DNA of 64,000 nt from the human T2T-CHM13v2.0 reference genome, Homo sapiens, in assembly GCF_009914755.1 (NCBI RefSeq), contig NC_060926.1; one strand, 5' to 3'. Shown one piece after another: positions 48,747 to 64,000 of the stretch; the stretch's first letter is position 1; every line of letters starts with the position of its first letter. A program made the position numbers and the translations under genes. The notes beneath the pieces were generated by a model. That model searched no databases and had not been told where the DNA came from. It saw only the letters and a program-made list of their open reading frames with translations.

Positions 48747-49419
48747 ACATTTAATGTGTCAGGACTCGCCTCTGTGTCCAACACACTATGCATTTAGACA
48801 GGTTCTGCCTGAAGCATCTCAATTATCTAAATTATCTAAAAAGTCAAGGACATTAACCCAGCCTTGAAAACAATATTGACCTATGCAGTCATGACCTAAG
48901 GGAAAGACTTAATTAAACTCGAAACATGAAAAATTAAATGCATCACCCACCTTTCAGGTTGAGGTTTTGGGAGTTGGATAGGCAGGAGGGGAACTGATAA
49001 TGTATTTGCTATTGACATCTGACATTATTTCACTTTAAACTTAACATGCATATATAAAGAACCTTCTAGAATTATCATCAATTCTAACATTAGTTGGATG
49101 TTCAATATGTGTACCAGATACTGTGCTGTTTGGCTTGCAATCTCTCATTTGATCCTAACATAACCAACAGAATAAGGAATTACTATTCTCAGTTTATGGA
49201 TGGGAAAACTGAGGCCAAGAGGGGTTATGATACTTGTCCTTTCTACTAAAGAGAAGAAAAGGGATTTGAATTGAAATCCAAGTCCAAAATATGGGGTTTT
49301 TTATTTTTCTTTTGGTGATAAAAGATTTTGCTCATTTGAAAAACAAGATACAAGAGATAATCAAGCAGCAGAGGATAACAGAGTGAGCATGACCTCACTA
49401 CTCGGTTTGAGAATAAACA

Positions 49420-50160
49420 TTACAAACACAGTTAAGATCCCTTATGTTCATTCCACTCCCTCCCAGAAAAACCCAGAACATGAACTTGGTGTTTATTGTT
49501 CCTAAACATTCCTTTATATTTTTACTACATATGTGTGTATACTTAAAGAATGTATTATATTGTTTTGGCTGCTTATTTAAACTTTAAATAAATGGTATAC
49601 TGTAAGTATCATTTTACGATTTTCATTTTCACTCTTCATGGTGAGTGGGTGAAATTTATTCATGTTGATAACTTTAGCTCTAGTTTATTTATGTCATCTG
49701 CTATATAATATTCTACTTCATAAATGCACCATGACTTATTATTCATTCTTCTGCAGACGGATATTTAAACACCTTTGACTTGTCATAATTACAAGTAATG
49801 CTGCAATGAACATACTTGTACTTTTCTGCTGCCAGAATTTGTTCAGAGGACATAACTAGAAGTACAATGGTTGGGTTATAGCATGCCTGTATCTTCAAAT
49901 TTACTAGATGTTGTAAAATTACACCAGAGTGATTGTTCTAATTGCCACTACCATAAACAGTGCATGGCAGGACCAGTTGCCTGCATCTATGTCAGCACTT
50001 GGTTTTACCACGCTTTTTAAGTTTTGCCAACCCTAAAAGTATGAAATGGCATCCAGTTGTGGTTTTAATTTGAATTTTTCCTAATCACTCTTGAGGTTGA
50101 GCTGCTTTTTATACGTTTATTTAACTGCTAGTTTTCCTCTTCTGTGATTTGTCTGTTCAT
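49420..50160 (-). mobile_element. Old L1 (L1ME-like) 3' region
   Basis: aatgctgcaatgaacatacttgtac...gtggttttaatttgaattttt. Confidence 0.65.
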
Positions 50161-50249
50161 CAACTTGAACCAAGAAGATACAAGAAGATGCATGGCTCCT
50201 CCTCAGGACAAAACATTGCAGCTAAGTGCTCAGTTTAAAGATGCTCATT

Positions 50250-50900
50250 AACTAGTAGAGCAGACAGGTGAAGGCAGACATTTGCACCTCTGTGGGGTAA
50301 GTGCCATAGATGCCCACAAGTAGAATGTACTCAGTGGAAAGTAAGGCTTCCCAGAGAAGACAGCCCTTAAGCTAATAGTTTAAGAATTCATGGTGGCCAG
50401 GTACAGAAGGGGGAAACAGCATTCTAAAGTGAGGAAATGGTATCTGCAAAGTCATGCAGGTAAAGAAGAACCTGATATGTCTAATAATGTAACAACTAGC
50501 TAAAATTAATTGGAACAGAGGCTGCTTAAGGCATACATATGACTGAGAAGGGTAAGGGGTGGCCAGGCCTTGAAGCCCTTGTATTCAGCACTAAGGAATG
50601 TATTGTTCTGTAGTCAGAGAAAAACATTTAAGAATTGTGAGTAGGGGAGTGTCATATCTGCACTCTAGGGCTGAGACAGAGGTGCAGAGTTGAAGAGGGA
50701 TGGGCTGAAATAGAAACTTTTTATTCTCTATATAACTCATTCTTTATTAGCAATGAGAACTGTTAGAAAGCTACTGCAATACTGATAAGATTCTACACCA
50801 AGGCAATGACACAAAGGCCAGAGAGAAGAATTGAATTTAGGAGAAATCAAGACCAGGTAATCAACAGAGCTTGATGGTCTATTTGAAGGATACTGGTGGG
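50250..50900 (-). mobile_element. L2 fragment
   Basis: ggcttcccagagaag...aacagcattc...gaaagctactgcaata. Confidence 0.5.
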
Positions 50901-51487
50901 GTCTGAAGAGTTAATAAATAGTACCTCCCTTTCCCAAGCCTGAGTTCAGAACCCAATTAATAGATAGACATAGGTGTCAAGCAGATAAATATCAAAATAT
51001 AAGCTTTATTACTGATAAGGCCTATGTAGAAGGATATGCCTCAGGCATGTAGCCACATGGGCTTACTAATACCAGATATGATAAAGGAACATGTATCAAC
51101 CCAGGCACTGGCAGCCCTGGACACCTAGAGTTCGCCCTCTGACTCCCAGGTGCCTGCTAAGGAGCATGTAAATCCTCTGCAGCCAGGTGACAAAACAGAG
51201 GCAGGAGGAACATGAGCCACCATGCTCAGTTCCTTCATTAAAACTTAGCAACCAGATGAATCGTCCCTCTCTTCCAGCAAGGAATGAGTGTAAGTGTGTC
51301 TGGAGCGGAAGGGGCAACCAAAAAAAAATGAGCATTTAATGAAGTGTCCTCCAAATGGAAATTTAAGAAAGGAAAGGTCCTCCAATGAATAATAGTAATA
51401 AGACTTACATTTCATTTTGAGCAGTGACTATGGCTTTCCAGGACTTCTCCACCAACCCATAGCTCTGTGATTTCAGGTAGGTTATTT

Positions 51488-51722
51488 ATAATACTATGGC
51501 TAACTCGTACAGAGAAACTACTATGTACCTCCATGATAAATGCTTTCCATACACGAACTCACTTACTCTTCACATCAACTCCATGAGGAGAATACTGTAA
51601 GTATCCCCATTTTACAGATGAGTGAACTAAAGAGTTTAAGCTATTTCTCAAAGTCACCTTTGTAAGTGGCAGAGCCAAAACTGAAACACTAGACTGACTC
51701 CAGAGCTTTTATTTTTAACCAG
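51488..51722 (-). mobile_element. MIR
   Basis: atccccattttacagatgag...gtaagtggcagagcc...ctgactccagagc. Confidence 0.8.
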
Positions 51723-52236
51723 GACACCTCCCAGACCTGGCACATTGAAAACACTGTTTTTATTACTATGGCTATTCTATCATGGTCATCTCTTCACAGA
51801 AGAAAGGATGGGGGTCTTGAGGTAGAAGTTAGAAATGTCTGGTAAATGCCAAGAGAGGCAACATAATTCAAACCAATCATTTTGGGAGATGGAGTACATC
51901 TTCTCTGGATAGTAAAGGAAATATGCTTGTAGGTTCTGCTGTTAGCAGAGATTTTATTCACCTGTGAAGGAATAAACACAGCACATCTGGGGAACAAAAA
52001 GGAAAATGTCTTGGCTGACATAGCATATCCCCAGTGGGGTATGGTGTGTGATAGAAGTGTATTAAGTGCAAAAGGGTCAATTGAGGAAGACAAGGCTGTA
52101 TTATAATTCTGTTGTGTGTTTAATTTTCTCCAAGAAGAAATAATTAACTTGGAGCTATGTTTTCTACCTCATGTCCAAAATAGTGGTTGACCAAATTTGT
52201 GTGCTTATAAATACTTTTTTTTTTGGATAAGGTGTG

Positions 52237-52600
52237 TGCTATAGACTGAAGGTTTGTGTCCTCCTGAAATTCATAGGTTAAATCCTAGTGCCCAAAGTGA
52301 TGGTGTTTGGAGGTGAAGCACTTGGGAGGTGATGAAGTCACGATGGTAGAGCACTTGCAAATGGGATTAGTGCCCTTATAAAAGAAGCCCTGGGGAACCC
52401 TCATCCCTTCTACCATTTGAGAATGCAGCAAGAAGACATCTATCCATGAACCAGGAAGTAGGCCTTCAACTAACACCAAATTTGCCAGCCCCTTGATCTT
52501 GGACTTCCCAGCCTCTAGAACCATGAGAAATAAATTTCTGTTTTTATAAACCACCCAGTCTATGGCATTCCCATACAGCAGCCCAAAAAAGACTAATACA
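52237..52600 (+). mobile_element. MLT1A0-like MaLR solo LTR, complete
   Basis: TG...CA ends (tgctatagactgaa...gactaataca); 5-bp TSD gtgtg / gtatg. Confidence 0.9.
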
Positions 52601-54156
52601 GTATGTAAGACGGTAAAATATTCTTCATTCCCAAACCATGCAGGTTTTGTACACTGGCAAAGGGATAAGTGGAATTAATGTAATTAGAATTAATGCCATA
52701 CCTCACTGATAATAATATTGTTTAAAGTAGACATGGTTTCTTTCTAAAACAAGCCTGGCTCAGGAGAGCAGGAAAGGGCCATAACAATTGGACCTATTCT
52801 AAAAACTGCAAAGTCAAAGCCATGCTAAATGGAGGAAATGTCCCTCCTCCTATGAGACTGAACTGTGTTGTTTCTTAGAAAAATGAATGCTTACGTTGGT
52901 GAGGAGCTGAGTAAGAAAATCGGGCACTGAACCTTCTTGGTAGTAAGACAGAACTGTATTCCAAAGACCCACACAGAACTTCACACAAAGGACCAGAGGC
53001 CACCCCACCGCCATCCCAGGGCCTTGCAAAAGGCTCTGAGACATTGTTCATTACTGCAACTGCAGGAAGCCCCCAGTAAGCAGAATTGCTGCCTGAACCC
53101 CACGGAGTGTGGCTCATGAGTGTGCCTGACTTGGGGACCTGAAGCAGTGGTGCTATCTGGGACTGGGGGTCAGCGAGAAAGAGGGATATAGATCAGGGAA
53201 CACTCTCCTAGCAAAGTTCTGCGCACGTAAAGACCTCCCCATCTTTGTGCAGCTTTAAGCAAGATAAAGCTCACACCAAACTGCCTTTCTCAGATCCCCT
53301 ATCTCGTCAATAAAAATTTCATAAATTTGTCTAATAGTCTTGTAAGGTTTATGGAGCAAAGACCAGAGTAGCAGGCAGACTCCAGGAAGGGGAAGGACTT
53401 ACCCACTTCCACTCTGACACAAACTCCACTGGAGACAGGCTGGAGGGCCATCTTTCCCTTCTACTCCAAGTGGAGTTTCAATTGAAATGGTGGATGCCTG
53501 AGAATGCTGTGTTCCCTGATCGCCTCCCTTGCCCAGGTTAGGGAGGAGCACTCTCCAGGACAGGACAGAGGGGCATTGATACCCTCAAGTCACACACAAA
53601 TGCCTAGACAGCATGCAGCACTATTCTTCCTGCCTGCCCAGGTAGACATATCCAAGTTGGCAGGGAGGTCGTGTAAAAGAAGAAAGGAGCAAGCAGGGTA
53701 GGACTACTTACTACGTTCTGCAAGCTCATGAAACATATTAATAAGACAGTGATCCTGCCCCCTGAAGACGACAAAGAGAAACGGAAAAACATTTATTAAA
53801 TCTGCAATTCCAGGAGCAACTGCTAGAATCAAGTCACAACCCTATCTAGAACCTAATCTCCTGAATTTCTTCCAGAAGATTTTTCAGGAAACCAGAAGAT
53901 GTGGGAGGCCTTTCCTGCCCCTCAAGATTTAGATAAGACTGACTCAAACCCATTCTTACTTGCTCTGTGGAAATCTAAACACTTTCCCATGATTTCTATA
54001 AACTCCTAGGAGGTCAAGTTATCTTGGACCCTCTGCCTCCAGGTTGCTGCTGAATTCGATCTGTTCCTCGCAACATCCACTAAGCATTGAACTCAACCGC
54101 CTGTTTATTTCTGCAACCCAAAACATATGCAGGTTTAGCATAATCTACTAAAGATT

Positions 54157-54398
54157 TCTTACTTATTTATTTTTTGAGACAGAGTCTCACACCCATCACC
54201 CAGGTGGGAGTGCAGTGGCGCAATCATGGCTCACTGCACCCTCGACCTCCCAGGCTCAAGCAATCTTCCTGCCTCATTTTTTGACTTTTTGTAGAGACAG
54301 GGGTTTTGAACTCCTGGGCTCAAGCAATCCTTTCACCTCAGCCTCCCAAAGTGCTAGGTGTAATCCTAGTAGTGTGGTGTGAGCCGCTATTCCTGGCC
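54157..54398 (-). mobile_element. AluJ-like with internal deletions
   Basis: tcatggctcactgcacc...ctcctgggctcaagc. Confidence 0.85.
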
Positions 54399-54560
54399 TC
54401 AACTGAAAATTTCAATGAGACAAAGATGTTTTATACCCCAAAAACACACACCTCTTCAAATGGAAGGGTAAGTAACATTATTATGACAACCTCTATGGCC
54501 CTGACATGACCAGGGAGTGTTTCAGCCCCTTCTTGCCCAGCACAGCCTCTCTGCAGATCA

Positions 54561-54938
<378 letters not shown>

Positions 54939-55185
54939 ATCATATTCCTCTCTTTGGCCCTGCAGTTCAGTTTAGTGATCATTTTTTGTGTTCCTTCCCT
55001 TATAGTGTCATCACTCACTTCACTGCAGCCAAGTATATTTTAAAACAGACCATTCTCTCCTCAAATTTGCATGGCAACAAAGCAAAGCCAAGATTAAGGT
55101 GAGACATGGAAGGCTCTCACTGCAGGCCTAACAATTTAGCATCAAAAAACTCTAAAATCAAGATACAGAAAATTTTAATGCAGTC

Positions 55186-55455
<270 letters not shown>

Positions 55456-55697
55456 TAAAAAATAAAAATTAATGCCAAAAAAAAAAAAAATCCATGATGG
55501 AAAAAATCAAAATTTTAAATAAAGATGGCCATGCTGTTTGTTTGTTTTACCACCCTGTGTTATTTTGCAATGGGAACAGTCATTCCCAATCAGCCCAAGC
55601 TTCCTGGGCCGTGGGACCCCTTTATCACCCCTCCCCCTGCCCTACTGACCCCTCCAGGTTTATGAAGGTTAACAATGGTATAAGAATTGGGCAATGT

Positions 55698-55966
55698 GGC
55701 CGGGTGCAGTGGCTCACGCCTATAATCTCAGAACTTTGGGAGGCTGAGGCGGGTGGACCACCTGAGGTCTGGAGTTCGAGACCAGCCTGGCCAACATGGT
55801 GAAACCCCATCTCTACTGAAAATACAAAAAATTAGCCAGGCGTGGTGGTGGGCGCCTGTAATCCTAGCTAGTTGGGAGGCTGAGGCAGGAGAATTGCTTG
55901 AACCTGGGGGGTTGCACTCCAGCCTGGGCAATAAGAGCAAAACTCCACCTCAAAAAAAAAAAAAAA
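55698..55966 (+). mobile_element. AluSq/Sx-like with a right-arm deletion
   Basis: Perfect 16-bp TSD AAGAATTGGGCAATGT at 55682-55697 and 55967-55982. Confidence 0.95.
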
Positions 55967-56204
55967 AAGAATTGGGCAATGTTTGGCTTTACATATAGTC
56001 TGTTTGGGGGTTTTTTTGTTGTTATTGTAGAGCTTTTATTAACTTTTTCCACTTGTTTCAAAAATGAGAGGATATTCTGATCAGTATCCCTAGGGTGCAC
56101 ATTTTTCCTCTCACCTCAGTCTCCAGTGTGGCCATGAGGACACTGCAGTGAGGGAAGCACTACGTTTCCCTTGTGTTACTGGCGACAATGGTAAAACGCA
56201 GCGG

Positions 56205-56445
56205 GGAGAGGCAGCAAGACACAGTGGGCAAGAGCTCTGAGTCGAGACCAGGGCCAAGGCCTACCTCCTAAACTGCCCGCCATGTGACTTTAGGCAAGGA
56301 AGCCATCCTCTCTGAGTTCAGTGTCCTCCCCAGGAGCCCACGGGCAACAGCAATGCCTGCCCACTATAATGGCTGTGAGAATTTGATAAAATATTGATGG
56401 TCAAGCACTTGGCACATACTCAGTAACCAATAAGTGTTAGCTGTC
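56205..56445 (+). mobile_element. MIR
   Basis: tgtgactttaggcaag...cctctctgagttcagt...aagcacttggcacat. Confidence 0.65.
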
Positions 56446-58477
56446 CTTACTCTTCTATGTATCATGTAATAGTCATCATTGACAAATAGGTTGATTGTGT
56501 TTAGATGATGTATCTCCTAATCTAGTAATTTTCCCAATTAATTGATGATGTTGTCTGAAGGTGATCTTCTTAGCAGGTCAAAAAGTTTGTTTGATAGGAA
56601 CAAATGGTACTTATGCATATTCTTTCTCTTCAAGGATTTGTTATCCGTCTTTTCAAGTCTATTTTGATGGACTGAGCAATTCAATCCAAGACTGCAAATT
56701 TGCAGACACTAAGCAGGAAAGCATCAACAGATACACAAAGTGCCTTGCTGCCTAATAAAAACAACCATTTACTGTGTACCTACTATGCACTCTGTGCGAG
56801 CAACTTAACAAACTCTAACCTTGCGACAGAGCAACGAAGTTTTGCAACTGACAGAAGAAACCTCAGAGAGCTAAACAATCTACCCAGTGTAACACAGTCA
56901 ATATGTGGTAGAATGGAGACTTTATCGTTGCTTGCATTGGCTTGTTTATGGATTAGGAATATTTTTTTCTCTTACATAATCCTCCCTTTTTCTCAGGAAT
57001 TATCATCAAGTACAGTGAAAACAATTATGTGGCCATTGTTCTTAGAGACTAGAGGGCATCTGTAGTAGTCTATCTCCTCTCTGGTGGAATTTTCTGATTA
57101 CCTCTCAGGATTGAGTCTCTGAATAAAAGCAACAGAAAAATTGCTAAGAGAGGTTAAGCACATCTTCATTTTTTTTCATCAGCTAGGTTTCAAGGTAGCA
57201 AAAGTCATACCTTTTCAACAAGTCCTAGGAAAGTCAGAGCTGCTCCTGGGAGCCCATTGGGAAGAACACCAAGCTGGGAAAAATCTTTCTTGTTGTCTCA
57301 AAACTAAGAAGGAAGCTAGTGGACACAGGCAAATGAAAACATGTGAATACGCTCGGTCTGTAAATTTCTTTGCAAGCCAGGAAGTTTAAGCAAGAGGGCC
57401 TTTTGAGAGCCCAGATGTTGTCTCATGTCTCATTCTTTTTCTGCCCCTCAATCTGCTTGGAGCTTTTCTTTTTTCCTTCTAATGCTCTAACGATGATGAT
57501 ATTGTGCGAGATCAGCCTGGGACTGGAGACGAAAATGCACATGCAGTTATAGAAGCATGAACAGCTGAAGCATGAAACTAATACGATCAAGAAAAGTAAT
57601 AGAAAAATCCTAGAGGCTGATTTAAAAAAAAAAAAAAAGACAATGCTGAATCTGAATCTCTACTGCTGGGTAAATGAGCTGGAAGGACCGTTACTGGAAA
57701 GAAAGTGATAATTATTCACACCAACTTTAGCTAGGACTGGGTTAGCTGTGGATGGCATCAGAGCAAGGAGAGGGCATGCTGCTTTGCTGTGACATTCCTT
57801 TAGTTTTCCTCACCCCCATTTCTGTGGCTTGGTCTAAAGGGATTTCTACGACCTGGTTCGAAATCTGAGATCAGATTTGGAACAGAATTCCTGCCACCTT
57901 CTGGGATGCTGCAAACCCAGCTGGAAACCCTGAGCCTCTGTGACAGCACCACATTATACTTTCCATGAGTTACATCCTCAACGCCTCCTGAGGCTGCTGG
58001 CCAAGACTGTGCACAGAGAAGCGAGGCATCTTTCCTGGGGCTGAAAGGAGTCTGTGTTAGAAAATGTAGAGCAGAGTACAGCATTCTTCCCTCCTGTGGA
58101 CTCAGAAAAATAAGGCAGAGCAAATACCAGCTAGCAGCTACTTTGCATTCTGGGCAAACCCCTGCAATGTGAGACCATCAGGCTGCAAAATGGGCCCCCC
58201 AGGCAATACTGAAATCAGCAATAATATGGAGAGAAGAGGTACTACGAGGAGTGAAGCTGAGGCAGTTCCCATGGCTTTCTGTGTTGATTCCAGAAATTAT
58301 TGCCAAAACATCAAGTCCAGAGTCTCAGGTGAGTGCCCCCATGTTAGTAAATCCTCCCATCCAGGCTGCTATTCCACACACTACTCCCCAGTCAGACACC
58401 CACAAGCTCCCTTCCTGCACACGTGCCCTTGGACCCCGCAATTCCTTTGGTATGTAAGCTATTTATCCCTAGAGCAG

Positions 58478-59307
<830 letters not shown>

Positions 59308-59794
59308 TAACACCTAATGGTTTGGAGGGTAGCATCAAAACCTCTGGGTAATGATAAAATCAGAGCTGGAAAGTTAATGGGACATAAACAGAGAAACTGT
59401 AGTGTTCACAACCATGTGAAAAAGAACTAGTCTTCTTTTGGGTACACCAAAAGAATAAAAAATATAAATTGTTCACCACCATATGAAATGTTCATTTTTA
59501 TGTGATCATCCACTACCCTGTGATTAGCGTCAATCCAGTCTATCAACAAATATGAAATTTGCTGGCATACTCTTGATGACTTTTGGCAATTCCTTTATTC
59601 CCCTTGGCATGGCATTGAGTTCTTAAATAAAACAAACTGTAGGGTTTGGATGGTGCTATAATTTTCTGTTATATTTGTGGGAAGGTGCCTAAAGGCAAAC
59701 ACGGTGAAAAGGTGAGAGGGAGGGGAATATAATATAACAGTTTACTAATGCAATCCTCTCCACCCACTTCTCTAACATTAGTTATTCCCTAGAC

Positions 59795-60017
59795 CAACAC
59801 TCAGCAAACTAAAGCTCACAGGCCAAATCTTGCCACCACCTATTTTGTAAATAAAGTTTTATTGGATCACAGCCATGCTCATTCATTTCAGTATTGTCTG
59901 TGGCTGCTTTCCTCAGTAAAATGGCAGAGTTGAGTAGTTGCAACAGAGACCATACAGCCCACAAATCCTAAAATGTTTACTACCTGGCACTATTCAGAAA
60001 AAGCTTGCTAACCCCTG
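59795..60017 (+). mobile_element. MER58A hAT-Charlie element
   Basis: ttttgtaaataaagttttattgg...ggcagagttgagtagttgcaacagagacc...aacccctg; 8-bp TSD (c/g)cctagac. Confidence 0.9.
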
Positions 60018-62383
60018 GCCTAGACCAAACCCCTTGGTGAGATTTCTCTTACAGGTAGTATCTCCACTTTAGCAGTAAGCCAAGGCTAGTAGCTGATCCC
60101 TCGGCCAACAAAAAGAAAGTTCCATTAACTAATCACCATTGTGTTGAAACCCAGCTACTCTTCTTTCCGTTTGAAACCCAGGTACTTCTTTCCATTTCCA
60201 AAAGCTGTAACTCTGACACCACAGAGAACAGAGATTCATTAGTGAAAACAACCACACAAGAGAGGTGGTGGCTTCCCCCTCCTCTTACTAAGAACACAAT
60301 TCTAAGAATCTTCAGTCCAGGCCCATGTTTAAAAAGCTACTTTACACACTTGGCCCTGATTAAACTCACATCATACCTGAGCAATCCCAGTAACTGTGAT
60401 AATATAAGATAGGTGCTGGGGAAGAAAGGATCTCTTTCTAACAGACTAAACAAATAAACAGGCTTGCACTGCATCTGCCCAAAGCTCAAGAACCTGTACG
60501 TATATAATCCTCTATGACAGTGACCCCAATTCTGCTAGCTAACTTCCTCCCTGCGTGCAGTTTAGGTGCTTTGATGAATAAACCAACTCCTTCAAGGCAC
60601 CAGTAGCGTTTCGCAGCAAATAATGTTTTGCTATATTTTTATGTGATTCCAACTCAACTTCTACAAGAAGGAAAGCAAGATATTCCTTTGGCAAAGAATG
60701 AAATATAAGGAGATGAAATTCGGCCAGATCATAAAATCACAGAATGTTAATTTGCTGATTCATTAACGGGCATAATTAATCTCATAACTTACTAAACTAT
60801 AATGCAAATACAGAAGAATTCACCATTTTGAACATTCAGCTGCATCATGAGCCCAACTGCATCCCCATAAACACAACAATAGATAGAAAAATCCTCAAAA
60901 ATCACCCGTAGCCTGTAGCGCTACTCACTTGGGCATGGTAATGACATTCTGACTGGCTTCTCTGCTTTCAATTTTCTTCCCCTCCAATTCCATACACATT
61001 TCTGCCATGGTTTGCTTCTAAAACATACACCAGAGAATTTCAGTTCTCCTGCTTAAAAATTTTGCAGTGACTCCCTCTCTGTTACCTTTGGACACAGTCC
61101 AGGTTCCTGTGGAAATGAGGCTTTTCACAATAAGAGCCAAACCTAAACCACCAGCCTCATCTCGATCTTTTCCTGACTCCACAAATGCAGGACATAGCTT
61201 GATTGCAATCAAGTGTGGTCTCTGCCCTGGGTGATGACACACTATCCTTTGCTTGGTACATAATCATGGTCAGTACCTTCTCCTGAACAGCTAGCACTCT
61301 GACCACAAAGTATGAATGGAACCTTAATTGTGTTAAGGAGTTATTTAAAGCCATCATAAGGTCCATCTTGCAGTTGGTTCCTCAAAAAGACCCAATGGAC
61401 TAGACCAAGGAAGCAAGTCCAGTGCTGCCTTCCCGGTGACGCTAGATCACACAGTCTTCCAGGTGGCCTTTTTTCCCTGCTGTGACTGGCAGGACCCCAT
61501 TCACACAGTGTTCCCAGGCACTTTCCTTTGAGGATATGGTCTGATGGGGCTCAGTCTTGGTATCTCTCTATCTCTCTTTCTTTCTCTCTCTCTCTCTTTC
61601 TATTTCACGTAGAGAAATAGAGGCATCTGAGTGGGCCAGAGGATCTGCAAGGAATCAGTAGGGCATTCAACAACATTCATTTATTCATTGAACGAACATT
61701 TTAAAGCATTTACTGTGTGTCAGACTCTGCACCAATATGAGTGTATAAGACAAGTATTCACTACTGTATGTATACCATGTATGTGCACAGTGAATGAATT
61801 CATGCCATCAGGATGTTCACAGTCCTCTGATGAGCAGCTCTTGCCTAATTTGTCAACATTTGTGTTGCTTCCCCAGCTTTCACATGTGTCCTGGATGCTT
61901 CAGGGCAAAACGCCAAATATCCATTGCCTAGGGATATCCAAGTCATCACATGGGTATGTGGGCCAATCAAAGATAAGAAAGGCTCACTGGACTTTAAGCT
62001 CCATGAGGCAGGCCCCATTATGCCACAGCAAAGAGCACAAAAGCACAGGCAATTATAGTCAATTCTAAAGTAGCACTGCCCAAATTTCTGCCACAAATGC
62101 TGTTCTGCCATTTGCGTCTCAAGAGGAATGCCGCAAAGACAATATACCTGCTACTCTAAGTGGCTCCTCATTTTGAGAGCTTTAGAAACTGGGGCGCATC
62201 ACTGGAATCCACAAAGAGAAAAGACCAATGACTTTTCTTAAATGTGTTGGTCATCTAACTCTAAGTTTGCACGTGGCAGGACCAAGTGGTGGGGTTGTCC
62301 ATCAGGTAACATGCAGGCATCCCAGGCAACCCTTACTCAGAGATGCCCACCCAGGTGGTATGTTTGAAGGGTTATGGGATATG

Positions 62384-62535
62384 TTTATATATATATATTA
62401 TATATGTTTATATATATATAAAATATATATTCATATATAATATATATAACGTTATATAATATATATAACGTTATATATAATATATATAACGTTATATATA
62501 TTTATATACATAATACATAAATATACATAAATAAA
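62384..62535. repeat. (TA)n-rich tract with three AACGTT-centred units
   Basis: tatataatatatataacgt-like unit repeated three times. Confidence 0.93.
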
Positions 62536-62879
62536 TGAACATACCTCTACCCCTTGCCTGTGCTGATGCTTGGTAACCCGATGCATTGGTATTCATGCCT
62601 GCCAACTGTTTTTGGTCTCTAAATATATATACATCTGTATCTTCCTAAGAGAAAAACATTAAGACTCTAACATCTTGTGGTAAATTGCTTTTTATCAGAG
62701 GTCTAAACGCTAAGAAGAGGAAAGCAGAACAATGTGTAAAATAGACTAGAGGGGTGCAAGTGTGCCCCTGTGCCCACCTCTTTCCCTCACTGACAACCAG
62801 TCACCAAGAGCTGCCTGCTTCTCCTTCACATGAGCTAATCCTGCTTTCCCTGTTCCTTCCTGTGTGCTTCGCAAAGTCC

Positions 62880-63450
62880 TTTAGATCTCTCCTATGGATA
62901 AGTGTGACACCTGCAATCTTAGATCACCAGTTAACTGCAAGCCTTGCTACTGGATTAATGTTCCTAAATGCCAGTGGGATCATACTGCTCTCCCTACCCA
63001 GAAGCCTTCAAGCTCCCCACAGCCTTCAGCCTAGAAGCCTCACCCAGTGTTGAAGGCCTCCATAACCTGGCCCTAAGCTTACTTCTCTAGTACAAACCCC
63101 CTTGCTGTCAAACCAGTTTCCTCACTGTTACCCAACAGGCCATGTCCATTCCCAGCATGGGCCTTTTAAGATTTCTTCTCCCTTTCTCAACATTCATCAG
63201 AATCCCTAAATCACTCAAAACCTACCCACAGTACTATTGTCAAGAGGCCTTCCCTGCATGCTTCAATCAATATGAAGTGATCTCTTCCTCCCAGAGCATC
63301 AGCTTTGCACTGGCCCACTCATTACAGACAGCTGTCCTGCTGGTGAGATTCTCACATGAAGCTGTCTCATCTTTTATTTAAATAGCAACCTTTTTCTGAA
63401 TGCAGGAGCCAGGTGTTATCATTTTCATACTTAGCATCTAAAATGTTGCC
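62880..63450 (+). mobile_element. L2 fragment
   Basis: gaaggcctccataacctggccc...gaggccttccctg...tgcaggagccaggtgttat. Confidence 0.55.
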
Positions 63451-63653
63451 GTGTTGGCATCCTTGAGAAAACAGGAATATCTGTAAGTCTCACAGAAAGA
63501 TCGAAGAATCCAGGCTATCACTATTAAAAGGAAATAGACGGTGGGGTCTGAGTCCACACAGAGCTTCCTTGGTCAACCCTGCCAGCAACTTCTGGAAGAC
63601 TTCTAGCTGAGCATAGCCAGAGAACTAAATCCCACCTGCCAGCCTCCTCCTAA

Positions 63654-64000
63654 TGAAACCAGCCCAAATGTTCCATAGAACTGGTGCTAAAAGGTTTGGG
63701 GTTAAACAGAGAAATTGATCCTCTGTAAGCCTGAAACTTAAATTTGTCTTATCTGAGATCCTTCCTCAGGAACTCCACCCTCAGGCCTTCCAGATAGGAT
63801 CAAGGAACTGAAACTCACCAGATCACCACATCCAGACAACAAGATGCCAGACCCCTCATCCATTATGATTCCTGTTTACAATCTCCTCTTCCCTACTGCT
63901 CCCTAATTCCTGTTTTTCCACATGTACTTACATTTATTTCCTTCTATATAAGCCCCTAATTTTAGTTGGTTGGAGAGACGGATTTGAGACTCATCTCCTG
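63654..64000 (+). mobile_element. ERV1 LTR (MER39-like), cut by window end
   Basis: tgaaaccagcccaa...tttgtcttatctgag...caaggaactgaaactcaccagatcac; TATA-like ctatataag near 63943. Confidence 0.8.

Noticed and set aside
61631-62068. 145-aa ORF
   Set aside because: GTG start, overlaps an L2 tail, and has no protein-like features.

Overview
Non-coding hominoid (most likely human) genomic DNA, intronic or intergenic. I found no host protein-coding exon, RNA gene or CRISPR array. The main feature is a full-length ~6.0 kb L1PA2-type LINE-1 on the + strand (15366-21400) with a perfect 16-bp target-site duplication (TSD). Its ORF1 has a nonsense mutation at codon 50 and its ORF2 has four indels, so it cannot retrotranspose on its own, but the 5'UTR promoter and the antisense ORF0 are largely preserved. 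The rest is a mosaic of about 18 Alus, MIR, L2 and old L1 fragments, MaLR/ERVL/ERV1 LTRs, an ERV1 internal gag fossil split by an L1MA, hAT-type MITEs (MER5A, MER30, MER53, MER58A, MER102) and microsatellites. The most unusual observations are: a 54-bp templated insertion wrapped in AT-rich filler, copied from a site across the L1; a hairpin made of two perfect p53 half-sites; a four-monomer Alu chimera; tandem duplications that postdate Alu insertion; a MER53 hairpin resembling miR-1302; and several repeat-free, motif-dense enhancer candidates. I see no convincing evidence for a new multi-gene system. Repeat subfamily names were assigned from remembered consensus sequences, not by running a search, and boundaries of old repeats are approximate.
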